This document shows, one piece after another, positions 19,910 to 29,118 of a DNA stretch of 64,000 bases. The notes below the pieces were generated by a model. The model was not told the DNA's origin, did no database searches, and saw only the letters and a program-made list of their open reading frames with translations. A program made the position numbers and the translations under genes. This DNA comes from a candidate division WOR-3 bacterium (lineage in GTDB: Bacteria > Hydrothermota > 32-111), in the NCBI GenBank assembly GCA_039804105.1, contig JBDRZU010000001.1:576001-640000 (forward strand), written 5' to 3'. Within the stretch, counting starts at the first letter, position 1; the number at the start of each line of letters is the position of its first letter.

Positions 19910-20851
19910 TTACCCCCTTTTGATAAGTGTTCCCGACTCTCCTCTTACAACATCTTTCCCAAGTTCAACAGAACCTATCAAAGCCCTTTTACCAGTATTT
20001 TCAACAAACCTGATCATCGCTTCAATCTTTGGGCCCATCGATCCTGGTGGAAATTGCCCTTCGATAAAATATTTTCTCGCTTCCGATACAGTTAACTCTT
20101 TAAGTTCCTTTTCGTTAGCTTTTCTAAAATTAATACAAACCCTTTTTACAGCAGTTAAAATATAAAATTCATCAGCCCCGATCTCCTCTGCAAGAAGTGC
20201 CGATGCTTTGTCCTTATCGATAACAGCATCGAGACCTTCAAGGTTTCCCTTTGAATCATAGTAAACAGGAATTCCTCCACCACCTGCTGCGATAACGATA
20301 TAACCGTTTTCAAGTAAAGTTTTAATAACATCTTTTTCGACTATACCTTTTGGCTCAGGTGAAGGAACAACTCTTCTATACCCTCTTCCAACATCATGTT
20401 TTACGACCCATCCTTTTTTCAAAAGGTTTGAAACATCTTCCTCTTTATAAAATTTCCCAACAAATTTTGAAGGATTTTTTATTGAAGGATCATTTTCATC
20501 AACAACTACCTGAGTTATCACAACTGCAACCTGCCTGTTGATTCCCTCTTTTTTCAATCTGTTCATCAACGATTGGGATATCATATAACCTATAGAACCC
20601 TGTGTCTCAGCATCTATGACTCCAAGTGGAAGTGATGGAACCTCATTTTCAGCCATCTCATTTTTTAAAAGTTCAAAACCTGCCTGAGGGCCATTACCAT
20701 GAGTTATAACAACTGAAAAATCTTGACGGAGTAATTCGATTACTCCGTCAAGAGACATTCTTGTATTTGCAAATTGTTCGGTTATCGTGCCCTTTTGACC
20801 ATCCTGAATCAGTGCATTTCCACCTAAAGCAACAACAGCTATCTTTGTCAT
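19910..20851 (-). CDS. arcC: Carbamate kinase
   Basis: VVALGGNAL, THGNGPQ, RRVVPSPEP, GGGGIPV, AVIDKD, GSMGPK. Confidence 0.96.
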   Translation of the reverse strand: MTKIAVVALGGNALIQDGQKGTITEQFANTRMSLDGVIELLRQDFSVVITHGNGPQAGFELLKNEMAENEVPSLPLGVIDAETQGSIGYMISQSLMNRLKKEGINRQVAVVITQVVVDENDPSIKNPSKFVGKFYKEEDVSNLLKKGWVVKHDVGRGYRRVVPSPEPKGIVEKDVIKTLLENGYIVIAAGGGGIPVYYDSKGNLEGLDAVIDKDKASALLAEEIGADEFYILTAVKRVCINFRKANEKELKELTVSEARKYFIEGQFPPGSMGPKIEAMIRFVENTGKRALIGSVELGKDVVRGESGTLIKRG

Positions 20852-20856
20852 AATTT

Positions 20857-22182
20857 TTACTTTTTAATTTTCTTAACAAAATTTTTCAAAATATCTTCAA
20901 GGTCTGGTTTTCCAATTTCCTGGAGATCATAACCAACCCTTACTGATGGCTTGTTGATCTTCACCAATCTTCCGAGGTTTATCGGTGTTGCTATAACTAT
21001 TGTTTCACATGGAATTTTGTTTATTGTTTTTTCAAGATCAGAGATCTGTTTTTTCGAATAACCCATTGCAGGAAGTATTGCACCTGCTTCTGAATATTTC
21101 TCATAAGTTTCTTTTATCTCACCAACAGCATAAGGATGTGGATCTATTATCTCTTTTGCTCCAAACCTTTTTGCTGCAACAACACCTGCACCATATTTCA
21201 TCTCACCATGGGTGAGTGTTGGTCCATCCTCAACAACAGCGACTTTTTTACCTTTTATAAGTTCGGGCTTATCAACTGAAACTGGAGATGCTGCTTCGAT
21301 AACTGTTGCTTTAGGATTCACTTTTGCAATGTTTTCCCTTACAACTTCAATATTTTCAGGTTTTGCAGAATCAATTTTGTTTATAACAACAACATCAGCA
21401 AGTCTAATGTTAACACAACCTGGATAATATGTGAGTTCATGACCAGGTCTATGAGGATCAGCAACTGTTATTACAAGGTCGGGTTTGTAGAATGGGAAAT
21501 CGTTGTTCCCACCGTCCCATAAAATTATATCCGCCTCTTTTTCAGCCTGTCTGATTATGTCTTCATAATCAACACCAGCATATACAACAGTTCCATTATT
21601 TATATGAGGTTCATATTCCTCCATTTCTTCTATAGTGCAATTATGTTTTTTCAAATCCTCAATTGAAGCAAACCTTTGGACTCTCTGTTTTTCAAGATCA
21701 CCATAAGGCATAGGGTGTCTTATTGCAACAAGTTTATAACCCATACCTCTTAAAATTTTTGATACTGCCCTTGTTGTCTGAGATTTACCTGAACCTGTTC
21801 TAACTGCAACTATTGAGACAACTGGCTTTGATGATTTTATGTATGTCTGTTCAGGACCAAGAAGCATATAACTTGCACCTGCAGCCATCGCTTCTGCACC
21901 TTTGTTCATAACATACTGGTTGGAAATATCTGAATAGGAAAAAACAACCAGATCAACTTTTTTTTCTTTTATTATTTTTGTCATATCCTTTTCATCATAA
22001 ATTGGAATCCCTTTTTTATAAAGTTTTCCTGCGAGTGATGGAGGATACAATCTTCCCTCTATATCCGGGATCTGTGTAGCAGTAAAACCAACAACCTCAT
22101 ATTCCTCATTATTTCTAAAAAACACATTAAAATTATGGAAATCTCTTCCTGCTGCTCCTAAAATCAAAACTCTCTTTTTCAT
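20857..22182 (-). CDS. arcE: Arginine synthetase ArcE-like P-loop protein (cyclic 2,3-diphosphoglycerate synthetase family, COG2403)
   Basis: GAAGRDFHNFN, AVRTGSGKSQT, RHPMPYGDL, WDGGNND, EDGPTLTHG; immediately upstream of arcC. Confidence 0.78.
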   Translation of the reverse strand: MKKRVLILGAAGRDFHNFNVFFRNNEEYEVVGFTATQIPDIEGRLYPPSLAGKLYKKGIPIYDEKDMTKIIKEKKVDLVVFSYSDISNQYVMNKGAEAMAAGASYMLLGPEQTYIKSSKPVVSIVAVRTGSGKSQTTRAVSKILRGMGYKLVAIRHPMPYGDLEKQRVQRFASIEDLKKHNCTIEEMEEYEPHINNGTVVYAGVDYEDIIRQAEKEADIILWDGGNNDFPFYKPDLVITVADPHRPGHELTYYPGCVNIRLADVVVINKIDSAKPENIEVVRENIAKVNPKATVIEAASPVSVDKPELIKGKKVAVVEDGPTLTHGEMKYGAGVVAAKRFGAKEIIDPHPYAVGEIKETYEKYSEAGAILPAMGYSKKQISDLEKTINKIPCETIVIATPINLGRLVKINKPSVRVGYDLQEIGKPDLEDILKNFVKKIKK

Positions 22183-22283
22183 ATCAAATACCTCCTGCTG
22201 TTAATTTAATGTTAACAAAAAATTAAAAGAATAAAATAACATATTAAAACTTTTAAGTCAAGTATTATCCTTATAAGAATTGA

Positions 22284-23234
22284 TCACTTCTTGATGATTA
22301 TGTTAAGATAGGGATAGAAAAATCCTTTATCGATCTCGGGAGAGATTTTTTGTAGAAGATCAAAAAATTTTTTTTCTTTTGAAAATGGAATGAAAAACTG
22401 TTTCAAATGAGAAACTACATTGATATCTCTTGCTTTTGTATTCCATGCGATTTCAAGTTCATGAAAACTCATCCCTCTGCCTCTTCTTAAAAAATGTAAA
22501 AATTTTTTATCTGAGTATTCATTATAAATTTCCTTGAAATTACTCCTCTCGCTGAACTTCGCATAATCGAAAGCTATTTTATCAGGTAACCAATTGAAGT
22601 ATGGAAGGAGTGATGTATGTTCATCAAAAAACCAGAGTCGGTTTGGGGTCTCGATTATTGTAAAAAAAGAACCTGTTTCAAGAAATGAAAAATATTTTTT
22701 CAGACAATCTATTCTTTCTTCATAAACCATATGTTCAAAAGATGCGTAAAAAATAACCATGTCAAACTTTCTATTTTTTATACTTTCAAAAACTTCAGAA
22801 GCATTACCTTCGAGAAATTCTGCTTTTAAACCATAAATATCCATTCTTTCCTTTGCTACAATTAAACTTTCCTTATCAATATCTATTCCTGTAACATAAG
22901 CTCCTTGTTCAACAAGTGCAACAGTTGATGAACCGGTTCCACAACCGATCTCTAAAATTTTTTTATTTTTTAAATCCAAAGTTTTTGATATCCATGGAAT
23001 ATAATAATATCTGTTTTCGTCAAGACGCAAATAGAGTTGTGTTTTTAAATCGTTTTCAAATCTCTTTTCCGAAAAATTACACTTTTCTCTCCATCCTTTA
23101 AAAAATGTATCTTCAAGAGTTTTTTGAAAATTTTTCAATTTTTCATCAGAAATTTTAATAAAATTTTTTTTGATATTTTGTGGAACCAGTTCTTTTTGTA
23201 ATTTTTTATAAACTTTATAAACAAATTTCTTCAT
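22284..23234 (-). CDS. Class I SAM-dependent methyltransferase
   Basis: ILEIGCGTGS motif I, VTGIDID, FEH, ETPN. Confidence 0.88.
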   Translation of the reverse strand: MKKFVYKVYKKLQKELVPQNIKKNFIKISDEKLKNFQKTLEDTFFKGWREKCNFSEKRFENDLKTQLYLRLDENRYYYIPWISKTLDLKNKKILEIGCGTGSSTVALVEQGAYVTGIDIDKESLIVAKERMDIYGLKAEFLEGNASEVFESIKNRKFDMVIFYASFEHMVYEERIDCLKKYFSFLETGSFFTIIETPNRLWFFDEHTSLLPYFNWLPDKIAFDYAKFSERSNFKEIYNEYSDKKFLHFLRRGRGMSFHELEIAWNTKARDINVVSHLKQFFIPFSKEKKFFDLLQKISPEIDKGFFYPYLNIIIKK

Positions 23235-23240
23235 ATTTTT

Positions 23241-23269
23241 ATTTTAACCGTTTTTTCAATCTCTTTCAA
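23241..23269 (-). promoter_or_regulatory. sigma70-type promoter, leaderless arrangement
   Basis: TTGAAA-17-TAAAAT-6 nt-ATG 23234. Confidence 0.55.
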
Positions 23270-23363
23270 GAAAATATTTTTCGGGGACGGTGCTTGACTT
23301 TTTGACATTTTTAATCAAAAAATACTTTACCTAAATAAACATTTAAAACTTTTTCATCTTGAA

Positions 23364-24197
23364 TTGGTTTCTTTTATCCTTATACTTACTCTTATGTATG
23401 AAATTTTAAAACTTTATGCTTTTCTTGTGAGAAAATTTATTAATAGAAAAAAAAATATCAAAAAGATGCATTTTCACTTGAAAAAGGGATATGAGGAGTA
23501 TTTAAAATTAAAGGATAAAGAAATAATAGAATACAATTTAAAAAAATATAAAATAATAAAAATAAAAACAAAAATTTTTACTGGTGGTGAAGATCTTGTA
23601 AATTACATTTTCGAAATCCTTAATGACAAAATAAAAGATAATGATATATTAACAGTTGCAGAATCGATCATTGGAATAACACAGAATAGGGCTTACAGAG
23701 TTGATGAGGTAAAACCATCAAAATGGGCATATTTTCTTTATCCATGGGTTTCAAATGTTGATTATGGCACAGGACTTGGAATGGCAGAGACGATGGAGTG
23801 TGCTATAAGAGAGGTTGGGTTAAAAAGAATTTTGAAAGCAACACTTTATGGATTCTTTGATAGAATTAGAAAAAAGAGTGGTTCATTTTATAAAGTTGCA
23901 GGGAAAAAAGTAAAAAGCATCGATTTCAAAAAAAACCATCCGATTCCTTTTAAAGGTTCAAACAATTATATCGTTCTTTCTCCAAAAGATCCTGAAAAAT
24001 TTGCAAAAAAACTTTACCAAAAATTTTCAAAAGATATTGTTGTTGGTGTTGTTGATGCAAACAATGTTTCAATCGATCTTCTTGCACTTTATCCTGCAAA
24101 TAAAAATGTTGAAAATGTAATAATGAATGTAATGAAAGGGAATCCAGCAGGACAGGATGATGAAAAAACTCCTATCATCATTATCAGAGAAATTTAA
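23364..24197 (+). CDS. F420-0:gamma-glutamyl ligase (CofE)-family protein; start uncertain
   Basis: DILTVAESIIGITQNR, VLSPKDP, VVDANN, NPAGQDDEKTPIIIIR. Confidence 0.75.
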   Translation: MVSFILILTLMYEILKLYAFLVRKFINRKKNIKKMHFHLKKGYEEYLKLKDKEIIEYNLKKYKIIKIKTKIFTGGEDLVNYIFEILNDKIKDNDILTVAESIIGITQNRAYRVDEVKPSKWAYFLYPWVSNVDYGTGLGMAETMECAIREVGLKRILKATLYGFFDRIRKKSGSFYKVAGKKVKSIDFKKNHPIPFKGSNNYIVLSPKDPEKFAKKLYQKFSKDIVVGVVDANNVSIDLLALYPANKNVENVIMNVMKGNPAGQDDEKTPIIIIREI

Positions 24198-25494
24198 AAC
24201 AAACTTTTTTAAATCGATATTTTCTACATCTATACTCATAGGAATTTCAAGATTATCAGGATTTTTTAGAGAGGTAGTCTACTCCGCTTTTATCGGGACA
24301 TCCAGAATAATGGATGGTTTTTTGGTGGCTTTTCTTCTCCCAAATTTCTTCAGAAGAATACTTGGAGAAAGAGCAGCAGAATCTGTATTTTTACCAATGT
24401 ATATTCGAGAAAGAGAAAAGAGTCAAAAAGATGCTGATTCTTATATGTCAAACCTTTTCACAATAATTTCACTTATACTGATAATAGGCACAATTCTTCT
24501 ATATCTCATCTCACCTATACTTTTGAAAATTTTAGCACCTGGATTTGACAGAGAAACTTATGATATTTCATTGAAAATAACTTATCTTATTTTACCTTAT
24601 ATGTTTTTTATCGGAATATACTCTTTTCTTGGATCACTCCTTGAATCTTTTAAAAAATTTTCACTCTACAATATATCCCCTCTTGTTTTTAACATTGTAA
24701 TGATAATATCGATTCCATTATTTTACAAAAAAAATCCAGTACTCACAATCTCTTTTTCTGTTCTGATTGGAGTTATTTTACAAACTTTGATACTCTTTTT
24801 TGGATTAAAAAAATTACCAATAAAATATAGATTCACTATTTCATTTAAAGATGAAAGGATCAAAAAAAGTTTTAAACTTTTGGTTCCAATAATCGGAGCG
24901 AGTTTTATTGAGAAGAGTGCAATATATGTTGATAGAATAATGGGATCTATCCTCGGCACAGGTGCTATTTCGGCTTTACATTTCTCGTTCTTGTTAACAG
25001 ATCTTCCCTTCGCTGTTTTTTCAATCGCAATATCAAAAGTGATACATCCTTATATTTCTGAAAAAGAAAATTATTCATCAAAACAAAATTTTAGAAAGTT
25101 TATTAAAAGAGGAGTTTTATTAAATCTTTTGATTCTTTTACCTATAAGTTTACTCTTCATTATATTTGCTGAAAAGATAATAAGTATAATTTATCAAAGA
25201 GGGGCTTTCAATGTGCAATCAGTCAAAATGACTTATATCCCTTTCATTTATTATACCCTCGGTCTTATTCCAATGGGAATAATACAGGTTTTTGCAAAAG
25301 GTTTTTATTCACTTTTAAACACAAAAACACCCCTTTATGTCTCTATGATATCGATGATTATAAATGTTTTACTTAACATAATTCTAATGCCAAAATTAAA
25401 CCTTGCGGGTATAGCTTTTGCTACTTCAATCTCATACTGGTTTCACGCAATTTATCTTTATTTAAAATTAAAAAAATGTCTGGAGAAAATATGA
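24157..25494 (+). CDS. murJ: Lipid II flippase MurJ (MviN)
   Basis: SRLSGFFRE, AFLLPNFFRR..GE, YQRGAF, FYSLLNTKTP. Confidence 0.92.
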   Translation: MMKKLLSSLSEKFKTNFFKSIFSTSILIGISRLSGFFREVVYSAFIGTSRIMDGFLVAFLLPNFFRRILGERAAESVFLPMYIREREKSQKDADSYMSNLFTIISLILIIGTILLYLISPILLKILAPGFDRETYDISLKITYLILPYMFFIGIYSFLGSLLESFKKFSLYNISPLVFNIVMIISIPLFYKKNPVLTISFSVLIGVILQTLILFFGLKKLPIKYRFTISFKDERIKKSFKLLVPIIGASFIEKSAIYVDRIMGSILGTGAISALHFSFLLTDLPFAVFSIAISKVIHPYISEKENYSSKQNFRKFIKRGVLLNLLILLPISLLFIIFAEKIISIIYQRGAFNVQSVKMTYIPFIYYTLGLIPMGIIQVFAKGFYSLLNTKTPLYVSMISMIINVLLNIILMPKLNLAGIAFATSISYWFHAIYLYLKLKKCLEKI

Positions 25495-25865
25495 GAATAT
25501 CCAACGGTATAGATATAATAGAAATAAAAAGAATAAAAGAAAAATTTGAAAAAAATCAAAAATTCAAAGAAAAGATTTTTACTGAAAATGAGTTAAAACA
25601 GGTGAAGGGACTTGAAATCGAATATATCGTTCTTGCTGGTAAATGGGCTTCAAAAGAGGCATTCTCGAAAGCACTCGGAACTGGTATCGGGAAAGAACTT
25701 GATTGGAAGGATATAGAAATTTTAAATGATATTTCAGGAAAACCTGAAATAAGAATTTCTCAAGATCTTGTAAAAAAATATAAAATAGACCAAATTTCAC
25801 TTTCAATTTCTCATATCAAGGATTACGCTATAGCATCAGTTCTTATTCTTTTCGACCAAACTTAA
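25491..25865 (+). CDS. acpS: Holo-ACP synthase
   Basis: GIDIIEIKRI, AGKWASKEAFSKALGTG, LSISH. Confidence 0.95.
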   Translation: MRISNGIDIIEIKRIKEKFEKNQKFKEKIFTENELKQVKGLEIEYIVLAGKWASKEAFSKALGTGIGKELDWKDIEILNDISGKPEIRISQDLVKKYKIDQISLSISHIKDYAIASVLILFDQT

Positions 25866-28418
25866 AATTTTTTTCTTGATTCCTTTTATTGCAATATTAT
25901 CATCCTTTTCAATTTTTGAAACCTTTATAAGGTATTCTTTATATAATTTTATCAGATATTTAAAATTATCATTTGAAATCAGTTTATAAATCGTTATGTA
26001 TTCCTCATAATTTTTCAAATCACTTAAAAGTTGTATATACCTTAAAGTTGAAGAAAATTCTGATAGATAATTTGATATTGCCTGACGAACAACCCTATCT
26101 TCTTCTCGATCAATTTTTTTCACAAAAAGTTCAACCATATCGAATTTATGTTTTCTCAAGCATTCAAGAATCTCAACTTTTAATCTATAACTTCCTTTAT
26201 CGTAATGTTCGAGTAAAAATTTTAAATCAACTGTTGTATCAAGATTTCCAATAGCAAAAACTGAAAGTTCTTTAATTTTCTGATCTGGATAAGAAAGGTG
26301 TTCTTTCAATGTTTGGAATGATCTATTGCATTTCGCCTGTGAAAGTATATAGATTATATTTTTTTTGGTATTTTTGTCTTCTGTTCTGTTCAACTTTTCT
26401 ATCAGTTTTTCTTTTAAATTGTCTGAGCAATTTTTAAAGAGATAGTTCATCGCTTCAAGTTCAAGTCCGTCATCCGTCGAGATTTTTTTATCAAGAATGT
26501 ATTTTACCGATTCATTTTCCCGTTTTAAAAGAATTTTTCTTGCTTTTTCAACTTTATAAAAATTATCTCTGACAGCCCATTCAGATGAGATTTCAAATAT
26601 TTTTTCTATCGGTAAATCCTCTGAAACATAAAAAGTATCAGGTTCTTTCTTTTCCTCAATAAATCCAACATCAACACCAAAACCATAATATTTGTTTATC
26701 CAGCTGATTGAATCTTTATTCGATTGTTTTGAATAAAAATCTTTTCCTTCACAATCGATAAAGAGTCCAATACCTGAAAATCCTCTTGATTCATTTACAT
26801 CACCATTTGAAAGTTTTTCACTTGAAAAATAAGAGTCGTTTCCCTTTTTATCAAGAAATATCCCAACAGAGTTATTCAATCCAACACCCTGTCCTCCCGA
26901 AACTGTATAGTTATCATCTCCCTTCTGATCAACCAAAATTCCATAAGCGAAATCGTGTCCTTCTCCCTGTGATGGGCCATATCTTGAAAAGAACATATCA
27001 TCACCTGAATAATCAAACAAACCACCTACAGAAAGATGAATGCCTGATCCCTGTGCATATTGTGCTGAAGAGTAATAATCGTTTCCAGAAAAATCAAAGA
27101 GAAGTCCAACACTGTGCCAATAACTTCCACCCTGTCCAAAAACAGAGGAAAAATAATTATCATTACCCTGATAATCGACAAGAATTCCAACTCCTCCACA
27201 TGTTCTTGGCCTTAATCCAAAACCAAATCCCTGACTCATTGAAAGATAATCATTTTCAAGAAGCGGTTTATGTTTGAAAAATGTCCCTGAAATATATTGG
27301 TCATCACCTGAAGAATCAACGAGTATTCCAGTCCCTTTAACAAAACCGAATCCCTGTGAAAATGCTGAAGAGTAATAGATATCATTTCCAGATTTATCGA
27401 TCATTTCACCTCTTCCATAATAACCAGCCCCCTGTGAGAAAAATCCTGCTGAATAAAAATCATTGCCTCCACCATCATGAAGTTGTGAAAATCCTATAAA
27501 AGCAGAACCTTGTGAAAAGTTATATGTTTTATAAACATCGTTACCATTAATATCAAATACAAAACTGACACCATTTATAGCACCATAGGAAACTTTAAAA
27601 CTATCTGTTGATAGATATTGGTCATCTCCATCGAAATCTATGATAAATTTAACTCTTTTTGTATAAGGATAAACAACTCCACAACTGTTGAAATATTTAT
27701 CATCACCACCAAGATCTATGATGAAATCATATTCATCATAATATGAATTTGAATAAATATCACCTATAAACAATCTCCCATTTGAAAGAAAAGTATCAAC
27801 TGGATATATCTGGCCATTAACAAAAAGTTCAACTATTCTTCTTTTGAAATTCTCTGTTAAAATTTTTATCTTTTCAAATTCAGGATTTACCAGATAAGAA
27901 TAAGTTAAAATGGAATCGACCTTCAAAGAATTCGTATCAACATTTATTCCCAAAGATTGTTCGATTCTACCTTTATAAATATAAGAGAGTGATTCTTCAA
28001 AAAAAAGTAAAGGTATAAGTTGTAAAATTTCCTTGCTTTTTTCAACATTTATTTTTATTCTCTCTCTTAAAATTGAATTGACATCATTTGTATATTTTTC
28101 GATCAGTTCAAAATGGTTTGAAAACTTTTCATATTCATTTTTAAAATAACCATAATTTTGTAGGTTAACTATGGAATCAATATAAAACTCCCTTTTTTTC
28201 ACAAGAAGAAGAGGGTTGTTTAAAAGAGTATCGGCAATAGGCAGTTTAAATGAATCGTTAACAGAAAAATCTTTTTTGAAATTGAAATCTTTTTCCTCTA
28301 TACCGAAATTTCTACTTTTCTCAATTATGATTTTATAATCCTCTTCAGGAACTTTTGCAAAAATTGTTGAAAAACAAAAAAGTAAAAATAAAAATTTTTT
28401 TAAACTTCTAAAAAACAT
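25836..28418 (-). CDS. Exported protein with about 12 DxxG[DN]DxY repeats and C-terminal HEAT-like helices
   Basis: Signal peptide ending STIFA; repeats from DLGGDDKY to DCEGKDFY with SQGxG; helical tail (KELSVFAIGNL, VRQAISNYLS). Confidence 0.75.
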   Translation of the reverse strand: MFFRSLKKFLFLLFCFSTIFAKVPEEDYKIIIEKSRNFGIEEKDFNFKKDFSVNDSFKLPIADTLLNNPLLLVKKREFYIDSIVNLQNYGYFKNEYEKFSNHFELIEKYTNDVNSILRERIKINVEKSKEILQLIPLLFFEESLSYIYKGRIEQSLGINVDTNSLKVDSILTYSYLVNPEFEKIKILTENFKRRIVELFVNGQIYPVDTFLSNGRLFIGDIYSNSYYDEYDFIIDLGGDDKYFNSCGVVYPYTKRVKFIIDFDGDDQYLSTDSFKVSYGAINGVSFVFDINGNDVYKTYNFSQGSAFIGFSQLHDGGGNDFYSAGFFSQGAGYYGRGEMIDKSGNDIYYSSAFSQGFGFVKGTGILVDSSGDDQYISGTFFKHKPLLENDYLSMSQGFGFGLRPRTCGGVGILVDYQGNDNYFSSVFGQGGSYWHSVGLLFDFSGNDYYSSAQYAQGSGIHLSVGGLFDYSGDDMFFSRYGPSQGEGHDFAYGILVDQKGDDNYTVSGGQGVGLNNSVGIFLDKKGNDSYFSSEKLSNGDVNESRGFSGIGLFIDCEGKDFYSKQSNKDSISWINKYYGFGVDVGFIEEKKEPDTFYVSEDLPIEKIFEISSEWAVRDNFYKVEKARKILLKRENESVKYILDKKISTDDGLELEAMNYLFKNCSDNLKEKLIEKLNRTEDKNTKKNIIYILSQAKCNRSFQTLKEHLSYPDQKIKELSVFAIGNLDTTVDLKFLLEHYDKGSYRLKVEILECLRKHKFDMVELFVKKIDREEDRVVRQAISNYLSEFSSTLRYIQLLSDLKNYEEYITIYKLISNDNFKYLIKLYKEYLIKVSKIEKDDNIAIKGIKKKILSLVEKNKN

Positions 28419-29023
28419 AAAATTTTTCCTTTTTTATATTTGAACTTTGCAGTTTTTTTTATTATTTTGTTACTAACTCCTAAAGATGGATGGTTGTTGA
28501 ACAAATCATTTTTTTGATATTCATATTCAAAACCATCTGAAACTATTTTTTCACTTTTTTCAGTAATAGAAAAAAAGGAAACTCGTTTACCTTTCATATT
28601 GAAAAAAGTGTATTCAGTGTTCGGTTTAATCAAAAATATATCCTCATCTTTTGTTAAAATATGAATGTTAAACTTTTCAAATTTTGAAATTAAAAGTAGA
28701 GATGCAAAAAAATGATCCTTTCTTGAACCAGAGACTCCCGTTGTATAAATGTTTTTAAAACCTTGATCAATAGCATAATTGATGGCAAGTTCAAGATCTA
28801 TAAAATCTTTTTTTATAGGGAATTTTTCTTTTTTAATAAAAGAAGGTATTCTTTTTTCATCTGTCGAATCAAAATCACCTATAACAATTTTTGGAACCAA
28901 CTCTTTGGGAAGTTTATCATATCCACCATCAGCAGCAATAATATATTTAAAACTTTTAATTATTTTTTCAGAGCATAATTCTTCACCATTAGCAACTATC
29001 AAAACTTCTTTTTCTGTAAACAT
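28400..29023 (-). CDS. thiN: Thiamine diphosphokinase
   Basis: IVANGE, AADGG, GDFDS, KDFIDLELA, GSRKDH, LGVSN; start placed at ATG 29023 after promoter TTGACT-17-TATATT. Confidence 0.9.
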   Translation of the reverse strand: MFTEKEVLIVANGEELCSEKIIKSFKYIIAADGGYDKLPKELVPKIVIGDFDSTDEKRIPSFIKKEKFPIKKDFIDLELAINYAIDQGFKNIYTTGVSGSRKDHFFASLLLISKFEKFNIHILTKDEDIFLIKPNTEYTFFNMKGKRVSFFSITEKSEKIVSDGFEYEYQKNDLFNNHPSLGVSNKIIKKTAKFKYKKGKILCFLEV

Positions 29024-29061
29024 TATTTTAATATACAACTCTATAAAATTTAAGTCAACAT

Positions 29062-29091
29062 AAAAAAGTGGGATGATATCTCATCCCACTT
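29062..29091 (-). terminator. Rho-independent terminator of the 758-aa gene
   Basis: AAGTGGGATGA-tatc-TCATCCCACTT stem followed by a T run on the minus strand. Confidence 0.8.
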
Positions 29092-29118
29092 AATTAAAAA
29101 ATGTTAAAAATCAATTAT

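Noticed and set aside
23290..23363. Possible frameshifted N-terminal extension of the cofE-like gene (GTG 23290, A6 run)
   Set aside because: Short A runs are ubiquitous here and the region also contains -35-like boxes; no independent support
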